Origin: Tetramitus jugosus
Lineage: Eukaryota; Protista; Heterolobosea
Reading direction: 5' to 3'
Assembly: GCA_937625935.1 (NCBI GenBank)
Contig: OW569372.1
Coordinates: forward strand, 372,001 to 436,000
DNA: 64,000 nucleotides
The translations under genes were made by a program, and so were the position numbers. Below the pieces are notes generated by a model. It did no database searches, was not told the DNA's origin, and saw only the letters and a program-made list of their open reading frames with translations. Below, piece after piece: positions 32,822 to 44,086 of this stretch. Position 1 is the stretch's first letter; each line of letters opens with the position of its first letter.

Positions 32822-34180
32822 ATGGCAACAGAAGCAGCAGCAACATCAGAAGCAAACAAACAGCCCCAATCATTGGGTCATGCTCTGGTCAACTACGCAG
32901 TCAAGGAACTCAACCTGCCAGCAAGTGATGACTTTCCAAAGGTGTTTGGACAAGTCAAGGATCTGTTGACATTTGTGGGCATGTGGCCTCATCAGATTGA
33001 AATGGTCTCGCTCACACCTACAACGGTGCGCATTGGAAAGGACGTCAAGACACTCATGTCATCCTACAGTTACCTAAGTCTCGGTATGAATCAGAGTATG
33101 ATTGAAGCTGGTGAACAAGCAGGTAGAAAATACAGTTGTTTGCCAGGAACAAGAGTCATGTGTGGCACCAGTGAAATTCACACACAATTGGAAAAAAAAG
33201 TGGCAAGCTTTTATGGAAGAGATGATGCCGTAGTGTTTAGCTCTACCTACTTGGCCAATATTTCTACCCTGACTGCTGTCATTTCCAAGTGCGATGTCAT
33301 TGTGGCTGATCAATTCATTCATCAGTCCTTGAGAGACGGTTGTACATTGAGTGGTGCGCGATTCGAAAAGTTTAGACATGCCCAGTTGGATCAAGCGGAG
33401 GAGATTTGCAGAAAATTGCGGGAAGATGAAAAGTTTACAGCAGGAATCTTTTTGGTGGTTGATTCCGTGTATTCCATGGACGGAGATATTCTGGACCTTC
33501 CAGCTGCGAGAGCGCTGTGCGACAAGTACAATGTGGTGCTCATTGTGGATGAGTGTCATGCGTTGGGTGTGATTGGTAAGACTGGAAAGGGTATCGAAGA
33601 GCACTTTAACATGCCAAACTCCATTGATCTCATCACTTCATGCTTTAGCAAATCATTGGCTTGCACTGGTGGTTTCGTCACAGGAAGCAAGAAGCTTGTC
33701 AACTTGATTCGCTACTTGGGCAGAGCTCCAATGTTCAGCGTTCCTCTCTGTGCTTACAATTGTGGTCAAGCTATGAGAGCATTGGAGATTTTGGAGACGA
33801 CACCTTCATTGGTGGAGACTCTGCAGTCCAATGCTGACTACTTTAAGCAGCAATTGGTTGAAAATGGTTTCAATATTGGTCTGTCAAACACTGCGATCGT
33901 TCCATTGATTGTCGGTCACGAAAGAAAAGTAATCATGTTGTTCAAGCACTTGTTTGACAATGGATTCTTTGCTTGTGTGGTCACGCATCCTGCTGTGCCA
34001 ATGAACATGGCTAGACTTCGTTTGATTATGACTGTGGATCACACCAAGGACGACGTGGACCGATTCGTTTCCTGTTTGAAGGAATTTGAGGGAATGTATT
34101 CATTGATGGAGCAACAATTCCAAAAGAATATTGCAAAGCAACCACAAGCGTCGGAGTCAACTGAAGAATTTGGAATGTAA
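32822..34180 (+). CDS. PLP-dependent alpha-oxoamine synthase (serine palmitoyltransferase / BioF-like)
   Basis: SYSYLSL, GTRVMCGT, IHQSLRDG, DSVYSMDGD, VDECHALG, PLP lysine in CFSKSL, and HPAVP...ARLR. Confidence 0.88.
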   Translation: MATEAAATSEANKQPQSLGHALVNYAVKELNLPASDDFPKVFGQVKDLLTFVGMWPHQIEMVSLTPTTVRIGKDVKTLMSSYSYLSLGMNQSMIEAGEQAGRKYSCLPGTRVMCGTSEIHTQLEKKVASFYGRDDAVVFSSTYLANISTLTAVISKCDVIVADQFIHQSLRDGCTLSGARFEKFRHAQLDQAEEICRKLREDEKFTAGIFLVVDSVYSMDGDILDLPAARALCDKYNVVLIVDECHALGVIGKTGKGIEEHFNMPNSIDLITSCFSKSLACTGGFVTGSKKLVNLIRYLGRAPMFSVPLCAYNCGQAMRALEILETTPSLVETLQSNADYFKQQLVENGFNIGLSNTAIVPLIVGHERKVIMLFKHLFDNGFFACVVTHPAVPMNMARLRLIMTVDHTKDDVDRFVSCLKEFEGMYSLMEQQFQKNIAKQPQASESTEEFGM

Positions 34181-34803
34181 AAACATAATTTATAGTGTAA
34201 CAGAGAAATAAAAGGGGAGAGTCACAACTTTTGATGATTCTCTGAAACAATCAATCAGCCTTTTACCGAAACATTTGTTTTTCTTTGACCAAAGCCATCG
34301 ATTCACGCTATTCGTGGTCAATCCTCGTCGTGTTTGGCCTCACGGTATTGATGCACTCATTGCGTTGGCACAAGTTCACCAGTCTTCATTCGGTAACCCT
34401 TTTCTCTAAAAAAAATTGAAGCAATTCGACGTGAGGAGTTGCCCGTTTCGTCCAATTCCGACAGGACATTTAGATAACACGCTAATTTACAGTGTGTGAA
34501 CTCTGAGGACTTTGATTAAAACCTAGATAATTTTTATTCAGAGAATGTGACTTATGAGTCATACATTGTCTTATGGCAGCGTTGTGTGTCGCACCTCTCA
34601 ACTCCTCAGATAACGAAGAGTGAGCCGTTTGGACAACACTTTGATGTTCGTAAAGGCGCTTGTCGCGGTCAAAATAACTTTTGCGCGATTCGCCGCCCCT
34701 TTCGGACAATAATGAAAAGCTTTGACCAGATGAGGGAACCCTATTCCGTTTTTTCCCTCTGGAAGCTCTTTCAGAGACAAGCAGGATAGTGAAAGGAAAT
34801 GCG

Positions 34804-35619
34804 TTATATCCGGACATTCAATCTGACGCGTCTCGTAATGAGAATCGTCCTTGTCTGAGTCTTTGTCACCACACGCTTTCTTATTCCCAGTCCTCCTGCT
34901 GCTGCGGAAGCATGATTGCTTGTTCTCTTTTCAGTAGCTTGAGCTTCTCCTTCTGCTCTCTGTTGTTGTTGTTGCTCAGTTCCATCCAAAGTCACCAACT
35001 CAAAGTGTGTAATGGTTTGCTTGGTCAATTGCATCACAATCTGATACTGTGTAAGCATCATTTCACGAACAATCGATGTTGTTGGCTTGTATGGATTGCA
35101 TTGTCTTGAAAAGGCAGGAATATTGTGGGATGATGAGGCAGGAGAGTCACATGGCTTGAGAGAGTAAAGTGGAAGCACGTATTGGAATGTCTCAGAGTGA
35201 ACAATGGGTTGAATAATGGGAATTCCATTGTTGTTATCCTGAGTGTTGCTATTGTTGTTATTCAGAGAAGGATCACACTCTGAATCAGTCATTTGTTGTT
35301 GTTGTTGTTGATAAATGGAAGGATCATTGTTGTTATCCAAATACTTGATTTTTTGAGGTTGCTCTTCTTGGTCAAACAATTGCTTCTTGACTTGGTGCAA
35401 AAATTGTTTGCCAATGGATGATGGATCATGATATTGTTGAGCAAATTTGGATGACTTGTGGATACCACCACTACTCTTGTCATTGGCTCTTGTTGTAGTG
35501 TTATTGTTGGATGACGACGAAGAGTTGTTGTTATCACTGCTGTTGTTGTTTGCAGTGGTGCTGTGATGGTTGTTTTGATGTGGGCCGTTATTTGTAGTAG
35601 TGCTTGTTCTCTTGACCAT
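34804..35619 (-). CDS. Hypothetical protein with N/Q-rich N-terminus
   Basis: 271-aa ORF with ACC-ATG context and the low-complexity style typical of this genome. No domain recognised. Confidence 0.6.
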   Translation of the reverse strand: MVKRTSTTTNNGPHQNNHHSTTANNNSSDNNNSSSSSNNNTTTRANDKSSGGIHKSSKFAQQYHDPSSIGKQFLHQVKKQLFDQEEQPQKIKYLDNNNDPSIYQQQQQQMTDSECDPSLNNNNSNTQDNNNGIPIIQPIVHSETFQYVLPLYSLKPCDSPASSSHNIPAFSRQCNPYKPTTSIVREMMLTQYQIVMQLTKQTITHFELVTLDGTEQQQQQRAEGEAQATEKRTSNHASAAAGGLGIRKRVVTKTQTRTILITRRVRLNVRI

Positions 35620-36024
35620 GGTTTGATTTTGGGATTATGGTTTCAATATGTAAGGAGGTACTCGGTAAGTTGGTACTGGGGTTGGTAGTAGTGGTTGTTG
35701 GTTGGGGGTTTGAGCTGTTTTCTTTTGTTGATATTTCACAAAGGCTACAGTCAAGTTTGCAGCGTTTTATGGGCAAATTGGTTTCTTTCCGGTCCGGTAC
35801 CCTTTTGTACATCGGAAAAAGCGAAGGGGCAGTGCGTAGGGTCCAAAAAACATCGGTGTTTGCTTTTGCGACACAAACGAAAATCTCCTAACGATTCGGA
35901 GCGGATTTTCAGTTAAGCCTCTTCCTGGACGAATTTGCGCGATCAATATTCGGCGCCTTAGGACCAAAATGGCTGGATTCACCGAAACTGGGTTATTCTC
36001 CTTGAGCGTGGAATACCGCGACTT

Positions 36025-38064
36025 TCAGGGATATTGGTTATCGTTGAGATACGGTTCTTCCTCATCGAAGCCGCTCCTATTATTGTTCACATCACCAGGT
36101 TGCATCAATAACTCTAGTTCCTCCAGCAGACGCGTCGCTTGTTCGTTATGCGGGTTGAGATGAAGTGCATTGTGCAAATGGACAGACGCTTCTGTGTGAT
36201 CGCCAGATTTTATACACAGCTCGCCCAGTTTCATATGAAGGTTGTCCGTGTTGTGCTTCTGCAACTGCTCCTTAATCATCTGGATGGCACGAGGAATATT
36301 GTTGTTCCGTGATTCCACCTCGGCGAGTCCCAGAATTGCTTCTTCGATGCCAATCATCCTCGGTGTTTCTTCCTCCTTTTGGCAAAGCTGAATCGCTTTT
36401 TGAAATTGAGCTCTGGCGAGTTCTCTTGTGTCCGCTCTGGTATTCAGAACTGCCCCGAGCAAAATGGCGCTCTTAAAATGATAGGGATGGAGTTTTTGAG
36501 CCATGGTTGCAGCTGCCTTGGCGTCCTGTAGTTGAGGAATTGCCATGTAACATCCAACTAAACCTTGATATATCCGTATATCTCTACTAAAGTAGTGAAC
36601 CTTGTGATAGCATGAGACAGCCTCTGAAAACTTGCCCAGTATAGTCAGAACATTGGCTTTGACCAGATAACCAATCACAAACTTGTCATTCAGGTCAATC
36701 GATTTTTGAGCAAATTTCAATGCTTTGTCATTGTGTCCCTTGGACTCGAAATGAATGGCCAAGGTTGCCCATGTCTCAGGTGCACATTTGCTATTGTTCA
36801 ACAAGCGGAATGCCAGATCTTGCAGTTCTGTACTCTTATTGTCTCGTCGCAGTAACAGTGCATAGGATGCCATCTCGCACGTCACTGTTTCATCAATGCT
36901 TTTCACCTTTTCGAACAAATCCTTGGCTACATTGATATCCAGTAATCGGGATCGGCATTCTGCAATGTAAGCCAACACATCTGGATTGTTTGGAAAGATT
37001 TGATTCATGCACTCGTATGACTTCATTGCAACTGGTTGGTCAATAGAAAAAGCAACAGCAATACCGATGGCAACAACAATTATTATAACTATGGTTAAAT
37101 CAAATACCTAGGAAAACACAACACTATCCACCAATAATAACATTATCAACATACCTTTAAATTTGTGATGTTTCTTGGCATATGTCGCGTCAATGTAATG
37201 ATGGATCCATCGATGGAAAGGATTCGATGCTTCATTCGGGTACAATTGTTTCACTTCGTTCACCTGGGCACCAGATAGATTGACAAGCTGAGCGACAGCA
37301 TGGAGAGAATAGGGATTCATCTTCAACACGTTCTGGAACGATGGAATCGCGAGTGGACTTGCCTTCTTCTCATAAATTTCACCCATCTTCATGTGTACAC
37401 TCATGGATCGGTTCTCCAGAGGCATGGACTCAAACTGTGGGCTCAAATAAGAAGGAACAGAAGCAACAAACATATCAACATTAAAAAAAAGACATCAACA
37501 AGGTTAGAAAGGATCAGACGAAACTCGTTCTGGACAAGAAAAACAACTCAAACGTACACTCTTGAGCGCATGATCCGTTTGATTCGCTTCCAATTGACAC
37601 CAGGCCAACAATTCTACTGATTCCCACAGGCGATCCGAAGCATTCGAAGCTGCAATCACATCTACAGTACTGCCCATCGAATTGGCATCACTTTGCAATA
37701 GAGATATAGATTGAGTCAAATACAGGATGGCTCTCATGGGTTCATTGGAGTGTCGCAACGCAACTGCATATTCGTAAACAATTTGACAAAAAATGGCAAA
37801 ATCTCCAACGCGATAATGGTCACTCAACAGTTGGAGAGCCATCTGTGAAATGGCACCACTGTTGTCGCATGATGACATGAAAAAGGATGGCATGATATTG
37901 CTTCCTCCTCTCGATGATTGTTGCTGATGACGCATCTTCATAATGGACTGAAAGCTAGCAGTGACGAGCATATTGCCCAGTATGCATGCTGATTGGTATT
38001 GTTTTTGGGAGTTGAGATCTTTGAGGCTTGTGAGAAGCTGGGTGATTCCATGTGGGTCATTCAT
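36025..38064 (-). CDS. APC7: Anaphase-promoting complex subunit 7 (TPR); exons 38064..37558, 37434..37155, 37031..36025
   Basis: TPR array. ESMPLENRS..HMKMGEIY, FQNVLKMNPYSL, YQGLVGCY and HNALHLNPHNEQA resemble ANAPC7. GT-AG introns keep the frame. Confidence 0.8.
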
Positions 38065-38220
38065 TGTTTTTGTATGACACAACAAATCAGATTTTCTTGT
38101 TGTTGAATTTTTTGAACGAGAGAAAAATGGCGGCAAACAAAAAACGGCGGGTCGAAGGAATCCGCTCACAGAGCTACGAAAAACAAGAATTGAATTCAAG
38201 AGATTCACAGGAAGGATAAG

Positions 38221-39834
38221 ATGATTGGAAGTTCCAAAAAATTTGTTTCATTTAACGATCCAGATTGTGCAAAACTTGCAATTAAAAGCAGTTGGAGGTC
38301 TAACAAACCACCGAGGTCTCTCTCAGTTCAAACAGAAGATATCGATTTGTATGAATGCGAAATTCAAACAGATTTCTCTTCCATGCTCAATAGTTATTCC
38401 GTGGAGAATGAAGCATGTAGGAATGTGGACGTACAAACAGATAATTTAGTTGATGTGATGGGTGGAATGATAAATGACAATGTCTTTTCAAGTGAAGAAG
38501 AGGAATCGAGCTTGAAACAATTCTTGGATCGGATGATTCCTCTGATGCTCGGTCAATTGACTGAGAACGAAAATTCTCATGCATTTGATGATTATGATGT
38601 CAATTGGAGCGAGGAAATTGACTCGATTAGTTGTTTGCATCAGTTACAATTGCCTGAGAGTGTGCGAAGTAAATACAAGCAGAAGCCACTAGCATGCACG
38701 GATATATCATGGAATAGCACAGGAAACTTACTTGCAGTATCATATGGAAGAATCAATCATGTTGGCTGGTGTTTGGAAAGCGGATATATAGCTATATGGA
38801 ACATTTATGATGTAAATAGTCCCGATCAACCGTATGTGATTGAGGTTGAGGAGAGTTATGCCATGAAAGTTGCTTTTCATCCTCTCTCGCACAATATGTT
38901 GGGAGTAGGAACGTATGATGGAAGTATCAAAGTGTATTCATTGCATCTGGACACAGGCAGCGATACGTTGATGGCAAGTTCTCAAATTAGCAACAGTTCG
39001 CATCGAGATGCAATCAATTCATTAATATGGTTGTCACATCGTAAGGATCGAAGTAAAACATTGTTATGTAGTATGGGTGGTGATGGAAAAATCCTCTTGT
39101 GGGATCCTGAAGGAAGTATGGCACAACCAATCGCTGGATACTCGTTCTGTTATCCGAACAAGAGCATCCCTCTTGGAGGCAGTTGTCTCTCATTCGTCAA
39201 TATACATGCTGGAACGAACCTGGCACGCAAATATTTTGTGTCAACTGACGATCATTTCATAGTCGGAACTCAAATTGGCGAGGTTCATAAGGCCATATTT
39301 TCTAACTCTAGCTTAATCGAGACTAGAGACACAAAGATGAATACGCCACTGAAGATTCGACAGAACTCGTTGGCATTTTCTTTTGATACTTCGATTGGAT
39401 TCGTTCACAATGTAGATTCATCTCCCTGGGATAAAAATGTGTTTTTGACATGCAGTTCCAATGGTATGGTTCAAGTTTATAATGTCTATCAAAAGCAAGA
39501 TATCATCGCTGTTCAGCCATCGGGAGACCAACAGTTCCTATATGATGCCAAATGGTCTCCTTTTAGACCTCTGGTGTTTGCGTGTGTATCTAATGACGGG
39601 CACTTATTCTTTTATGATCTTGATCATTCGATCGCAGATCCAGTCGCTGACATTCATGTAAACGAGGATTCCACTGCTTTGACTGTTGTCAGATTCAGTC
39701 CTAAATTTAGAGAATACCTCGTGACAGGAGATGTAAGAGGCATTGTAAAGGTTTGGCAGCTGAATGACATGCTGTCAACCATACAAAGCAAGGAGATTCA
39801 AAAGTCCAAATACTTGTTTCAAACAGTAAATTAG
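38221..39834 (+). CDS. WDR34: Dynein-2 intermediate chain WDR34 (WD40)
   Basis: VQT repeats, ENSHAFDDY, SWNSTGNLLAVSYGRINHVGWC and WSPFRPLVFA motifs. Confidence 0.88.
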   Translation: MIGSSKKFVSFNDPDCAKLAIKSSWRSNKPPRSLSVQTEDIDLYECEIQTDFSSMLNSYSVENEACRNVDVQTDNLVDVMGGMINDNVFSSEEEESSLKQFLDRMIPLMLGQLTENENSHAFDDYDVNWSEEIDSISCLHQLQLPESVRSKYKQKPLACTDISWNSTGNLLAVSYGRINHVGWCLESGYIAIWNIYDVNSPDQPYVIEVEESYAMKVAFHPLSHNMLGVGTYDGSIKVYSLHLDTGSDTLMASSQISNSSHRDAINSLIWLSHRKDRSKTLLCSMGGDGKILLWDPEGSMAQPIAGYSFCYPNKSIPLGGSCLSFVNIHAGTNLARKYFVSTDDHFIVGTQIGEVHKAIFSNSSLIETRDTKMNTPLKIRQNSLAFSFDTSIGFVHNVDSSPWDKNVFLTCSSNGMVQVYNVYQKQDIIAVQPSGDQQFLYDAKWSPFRPLVFACVSNDGHLFFYDLDHSIADPVADIHVNEDSTALTVVRFSPKFREYLVTGDVRGIVKVWQLNDMLSTIQSKEIQKSKYLFQTVN

Positions 39835-39842
39835 ATCCTGCT

Positions 39843-41801
39843 CTACATTTTGGCAATTTTGACGTATGGAAGATTCTTGAAGCACTGAACCCAAGCATCT
39901 CTTTCATTCTTAATTGATCCATATTGATTCTCTGTTTTGAGTATTATCGGTTCCTGAAGCCCGAGCGTCAAGTGGAATATATGGTCCTCGTGAGTGTTAC
40001 TACCACCCATAAGCAAACTACTAAACGAAGCAGAATGTTTCTTCAATCCCTGTTTGTCATCTTGTTCATCCGAGTGAGCGGTCATATTTTCCTCATTGAA
40101 CATTCGAGCAAAGGCAGCTTGAGGCAACCCTATAACAACATTGTTCTTATCTAGACGGCTGAAGAATCTTATCTTTCCTCCCCGTTCTTCAAAGAATGCA
40201 ATCGCAGATTCATACAAAATAACAAATATTCGGTTCCATTTCACATGTCCACTAATGAACAGATTTCCTTGCTTAAGAATTGGGGTAAAGCAGTGCTCGA
40301 GCAACAACGTATGGAGTTCGAAGAATGCATTGTTGTCACTAACCTTTGTCGACCCATCGATAACATTTCGAAATATGGCTCTGTCCATCATCCACTGCAG
40401 GAATGTAGTAGCTTCGGAACGACTAATGTTTCCATTATCGCATAACCACGTAATAGCCTCTGATGCGACGAAACATTTGTCATATGATTTAAATCTGTAC
40501 TTTCGGTTTTTGATTTCAATTCCTTTGTTTGAGTCGAGCATTCGTAAGGTCCACCGTTCTAGCTGTCTAAGGGATGTATCACTCATATTGATTTGATTCT
40601 GAAGTGCGAGTATCGAATTTTGTGAATCAATAGAATCTCTCCTTATTCTAGGTACCAGAGGGTTCAATAACAAGTTAATTTCGTACGTGAGTGAGTCATC
40701 TTCTAACAGGATTTTGTTGCATATCTCAATTGCTCTTTCCTGTTGATCATCCAAGAAGTGAAGATAAAATGCCAGGGTAAACTTGAGTATGTGTAAGTGA
40801 TCTTGCTTTAGCATCGGTGATTGGTCAGGTGCTTCCTCTTGCATTACTCTTTCGATCTCTTGCTCTAGGTTTGCAATAGTGTTCATCAAGTTATGACTAT
40901 CCTTATTGTAGAAAATATTGGGATCAAACGGCAAACTAGGAAATGTTGGAAAATAGTGCAACCCAAGTGCCAGCAGTTCACCACTCTCTAAAAATCGATT
41001 CAATCCGAACAAGGCGTGAGCATTGCCCAAGATTGAAAGTCTACAAATCTCATCATGTTCACCATCCAAACTCATGCTTGGTATATCAATGAATAACAGT
41101 AGTTCCATGGCTTCTTGATAGGCCATTGATGCCTCATAAAATGCGCTTTGTTTCAAAAAACGATCACCCAACTGTACCAATGACACTATTTGATCAACAC
41201 TACTGTCCCATATCATACCACTGCGTATCATGACATACTTTAGTGTTGAAATTGCAGATTCACAATTCACAGTGCCATCTCTTGCTCGTTCCAAACACTC
41301 TTTTACCATCAAGCTCAATCGATCAACAATAGGATCACACAGGCCAGTATTAGGAGGACGATAAGTCTCTGATTGATAGGATGAGCTACTCGTAGTAGTA
41401 GTAGTGCTAGTAGAGTCATTGGACTTTGAATTCGGCGTACCACCGTTTTTTGTTGCCCTTTTTGTCATTTCCTTCTCGCACAATTCAATCATTCTTGTCG
41501 CCGTGTAGAACAGCAATTTGTGACAACTGGTATTGCACAATTCATTTCTTTCTTGTTGACTTGGTAAATTTGGGAGTTGGATCCTCTGTAGCAAATTGAC
41601 CTTGTTCAAACAAATGTCTGCCATTTGCTTCACACAACCTAGCAAACCGAGACATCTCCTTGAACTCTCTCCTTCACCTATGGTAAGGATCGGAGTTTCT
41701 GAATCAAGATAAATTAAAATGAGGGAGTCAATGGATGACGTGTCCTCTTCAATTGAAAAATGGCCCTGTTGTTGATAGTGATCCTCCATACACTCGGACA
41801 T
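39843..41801 (-). CDS. DEP + PH domain protein with TPR-like middle region
   Basis: DEP: GIEIKNRKYRFKSYDKCFVASEAITWL. PH: ILKQGNL...WNRIFVILY...ERDAWVQ. Start is MSECME at 41801. Confidence 0.8.
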   Translation of the reverse strand: MSECMEDHYQQQGHFSIEEDTSSIDSLILIYLDSETPILTIGEGESSRRCLGLLGCVKQMADICLNKVNLLQRIQLPNLPSQQERNELCNTSCHKLLFYTATRMIELCEKEMTKRATKNGGTPNSKSNDSTSTTTTTSSSSYQSETYRPPNTGLCDPIVDRLSLMVKECLERARDGTVNCESAISTLKYVMIRSGMIWDSSVDQIVSLVQLGDRFLKQSAFYEASMAYQEAMELLLFIDIPSMSLDGEHDEICRLSILGNAHALFGLNRFLESGELLALGLHYFPTFPSLPFDPNIFYNKDSHNLMNTIANLEQEIERVMQEEAPDQSPMLKQDHLHILKFTLAFYLHFLDDQQERAIEICNKILLEDDSLTYEINLLLNPLVPRIRRDSIDSQNSILALQNQINMSDTSLRQLERWTLRMLDSNKGIEIKNRKYRFKSYDKCFVASEAITWLCDNGNISRSEATTFLQWMMDRAIFRNVIDGSTKVSDNNAFFELHTLLLEHCFTPILKQGNLFISGHVKWNRIFVILYESAIAFFEERGGKIRFFSRLDKNNVVIGLPQAAFARMFNEENMTAHSDEQDDKQGLKKHSASFSSLLMGGSNTHEDHIFHLTLGLQEPIILKTENQYGSIKNERDAWVQCFKNLPYVKIAKM

Positions 41802-42184
41802 TTGTTTGTTTCTGTTCGTCCCGCCAAATGATGTCGGCCAAAATGAAAAATTTATTTCGCGGCAAAGAACCGTTACCAAAGTTACAAACAAGCTGACTAG
41901 GGAAGTGATTAGTGGTACTAATCTTCAAGAAGAATGAGTGCCTTTTTGAGTGCTGTAACAAATATAGGATTGAATCGTAATAATTTGGGCCCTCTTCCAT
42001 CTGTGCTTCATCAGTTGGACAAGCTGAATCATCGAAGAGAAAGCGATCATAGCTCGAAACCAGTCTCGTTGGCGAGTGTGGCCAGGTAAGTTCTGAGAAT
42101 ATTAGGAATAGAATTGAATTATGATATCTTTATATTTACAAGTTAGAGTATGATTGCAGTGTAGTCAATACATTTAAAAAGAGA

Positions 42185-44005
42185 ATGGATGCACTGGAGG
42201 AGGATGACGTATTCGAAGATGGAGATGAAGAGTTTGACATCGACGTAGATAAGTTGATAGGAGAAATTGATGTAGATATTATTCCATCTGAATGGAATGA
42301 CTATCAATCCGTGCTACGGGAAGTTGCAGGCGTTGATGATTTTGAAGACATTGAGAATGCAGATGAGGTGATGCAAGTGGGTTCCTATCAGAGTCGATTG
42401 AGAAAAGGTTGTCTATCGAATTACGAAGACATGGAAGGATATCCAAGCAGTATTGAAAAGTATCGAACAAAGATTCCTGAACCGAAGATTACCCTCCGAA
42501 GAATTGATTCATTGCAGAACAAACCTCTACGGAGATTATCAGTCAGCGAGAGAGAAAAGAAAACTTGCAAACCTATTTCCAAAAAGACAACAGAAAGAGG
42601 AGTATTAAACTCGAATCGAAAGAAGAGAAATGTTGAGAATACCCAGCGAGAGTATAAAACGATTAAAACTGTACGTTGCGATCAAGATCAGCGAACTGAA
42701 TCTGATAGTGAACCTGATAATGAGGACCAAAATCTAGTGTCCGTAAATGTAACACAGGAATTTGGATCAGGGATGAGAGATGATGTTCCTCTTAGGTTTT
42801 CATCTCGGGTTATCAAGACCAAAAATACGGCGAGTTTCGAGGACAAGAGTGAAAAAGATAGATTTGGAAAAGGACAGTATTTAGCTGAACCAAATAACAT
42901 AAGATCATCCTCTCCTTCCTGTGGTTATTCTACGAACCTAAATTCTCAGAGTTTTGTTGACAATTACATCGAGTTAAATCAAGCACTTACTAGAGCCTGT
43001 TCTGCTTCGGAGCGCATTTTGCAAGAACTCAAACATAATCAAGTTAATTCTGGTAGGTCTGACATTCCCAGATCAAGAAGATCAAGTGTTGTCGAAAAAG
43101 TGGACCAACCTCTCCAAGAGAAAGAAAATAACATTTCTTTGTCATCCAGACCTAGAAGCAACTCTCAAACAGAACCAGAGTTTTTAGAGAGTTACTCTCC
43201 CAAACCAACCTCGCTCACAACCCCTAGAGTGTCTAAAAGCCAGACAGGACCCACAACAAAACCATTCGATGTTCTGAAGAGTGACACACAAGAGGAAAAT
43301 TTTAGGCCCAACTTGTCTCATATTCATCCATGTATTGTATCAAACCAATTCGATAGCAGTCGAAATCTTTCTGTAGCGGAGGAGATGCACCCCTCAAGAA
43401 TATATGGTCTCTCGGATCGAGATCAGCTCTGTAACATCTTAAGAAAAGCCGATCAAGCATTTAAACGATCTCGAACTCGGGTAGTTGATCCGTCAGATCT
43501 GAATGAAACATCGAAGTACTTAGAGAAAATGGAAGACCGAATGAAAAAAATTCATGGATATTTCAGCTCCATACAACAGTTAAATGAACTTCCTTTGAAA
43601 TCCCTTTCGAGGGACGACAGGGTTGTCGATAAGATAACATCGAATTCAATCGATAGAACGAATAATGGAAGGTTCTTGGGCAATTTTGCCTATCCTTCTT
43701 CAATGGATGCTTACAAAAGAAACACCCCTTGTCCACCAAAACCATTGAAGAAAACCGAGTTAAAACCAAAAGGATCGGATGAATTAACAAGTGAATGTTA
43801 TCGGAAGTTTATAGAGTCAACTAGGGTTCAGAAGCAGAAGAGATCTGATTCTACAACACAGGAACAAGTAATCAAAACTCCTGTCGAGATCCTGAACCAA
43901 AGAATAACGAATGAAGATGAAAAGAGTCAGAACGTTGTCACACTCAATGAAAATGACAAGAGAGCTGTTCTTAACTTCATTCGTTCCAAAAGGAAAACAG
44001 ATTAA
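42185..44005 (+). CDS. Hypothetical largely disordered protein
   Basis: 606-aa ORF, S/R/K-rich, with an acidic N-terminus. Confidence 0.7.
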   Translation: MDALEEDDVFEDGDEEFDIDVDKLIGEIDVDIIPSEWNDYQSVLREVAGVDDFEDIENADEVMQVGSYQSRLRKGCLSNYEDMEGYPSSIEKYRTKIPEPKITLRRIDSLQNKPLRRLSVSEREKKTCKPISKKTTERGVLNSNRKKRNVENTQREYKTIKTVRCDQDQRTESDSEPDNEDQNLVSVNVTQEFGSGMRDDVPLRFSSRVIKTKNTASFEDKSEKDRFGKGQYLAEPNNIRSSSPSCGYSTNLNSQSFVDNYIELNQALTRACSASERILQELKHNQVNSGRSDIPRSRRSSVVEKVDQPLQEKENNISLSSRPRSNSQTEPEFLESYSPKPTSLTTPRVSKSQTGPTTKPFDVLKSDTQEENFRPNLSHIHPCIVSNQFDSSRNLSVAEEMHPSRIYGLSDRDQLCNILRKADQAFKRSRTRVVDPSDLNETSKYLEKMEDRMKKIHGYFSSIQQLNELPLKSLSRDDRVVDKITSNSIDRTNNGRFLGNFAYPSSMDAYKRNTPCPPKPLKKTELKPKGSDELTSECYRKFIESTRVQKQKRSDSTTQEQVIKTPVEILNQRITNEDEKSQNVVTLNENDKRAVLNFIRSKRKTD

Positions 44006-44086
44006 AACTTTGAAGCAGTAACATCGCCAAAACACACTTGACCGAAAAAGGTTTCTCATGTCGGAGTAGTACTGTACTACAACCCG

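Noticed and set aside
34258-34267. GCCTTTTAC, identical to U5 snRNA loop I
   Set aside because: The flanks do not form the closing stem, and no U5-like Sm site or structure follows.
34255-34390. U3-snoRNA-like words on the minus strand (AAGACT, GAGGA, AGCGTGA, CTGA)
   Set aside because: Box A and a proper box C are missing and the spacing is too short. Not supportable without a covariance search.
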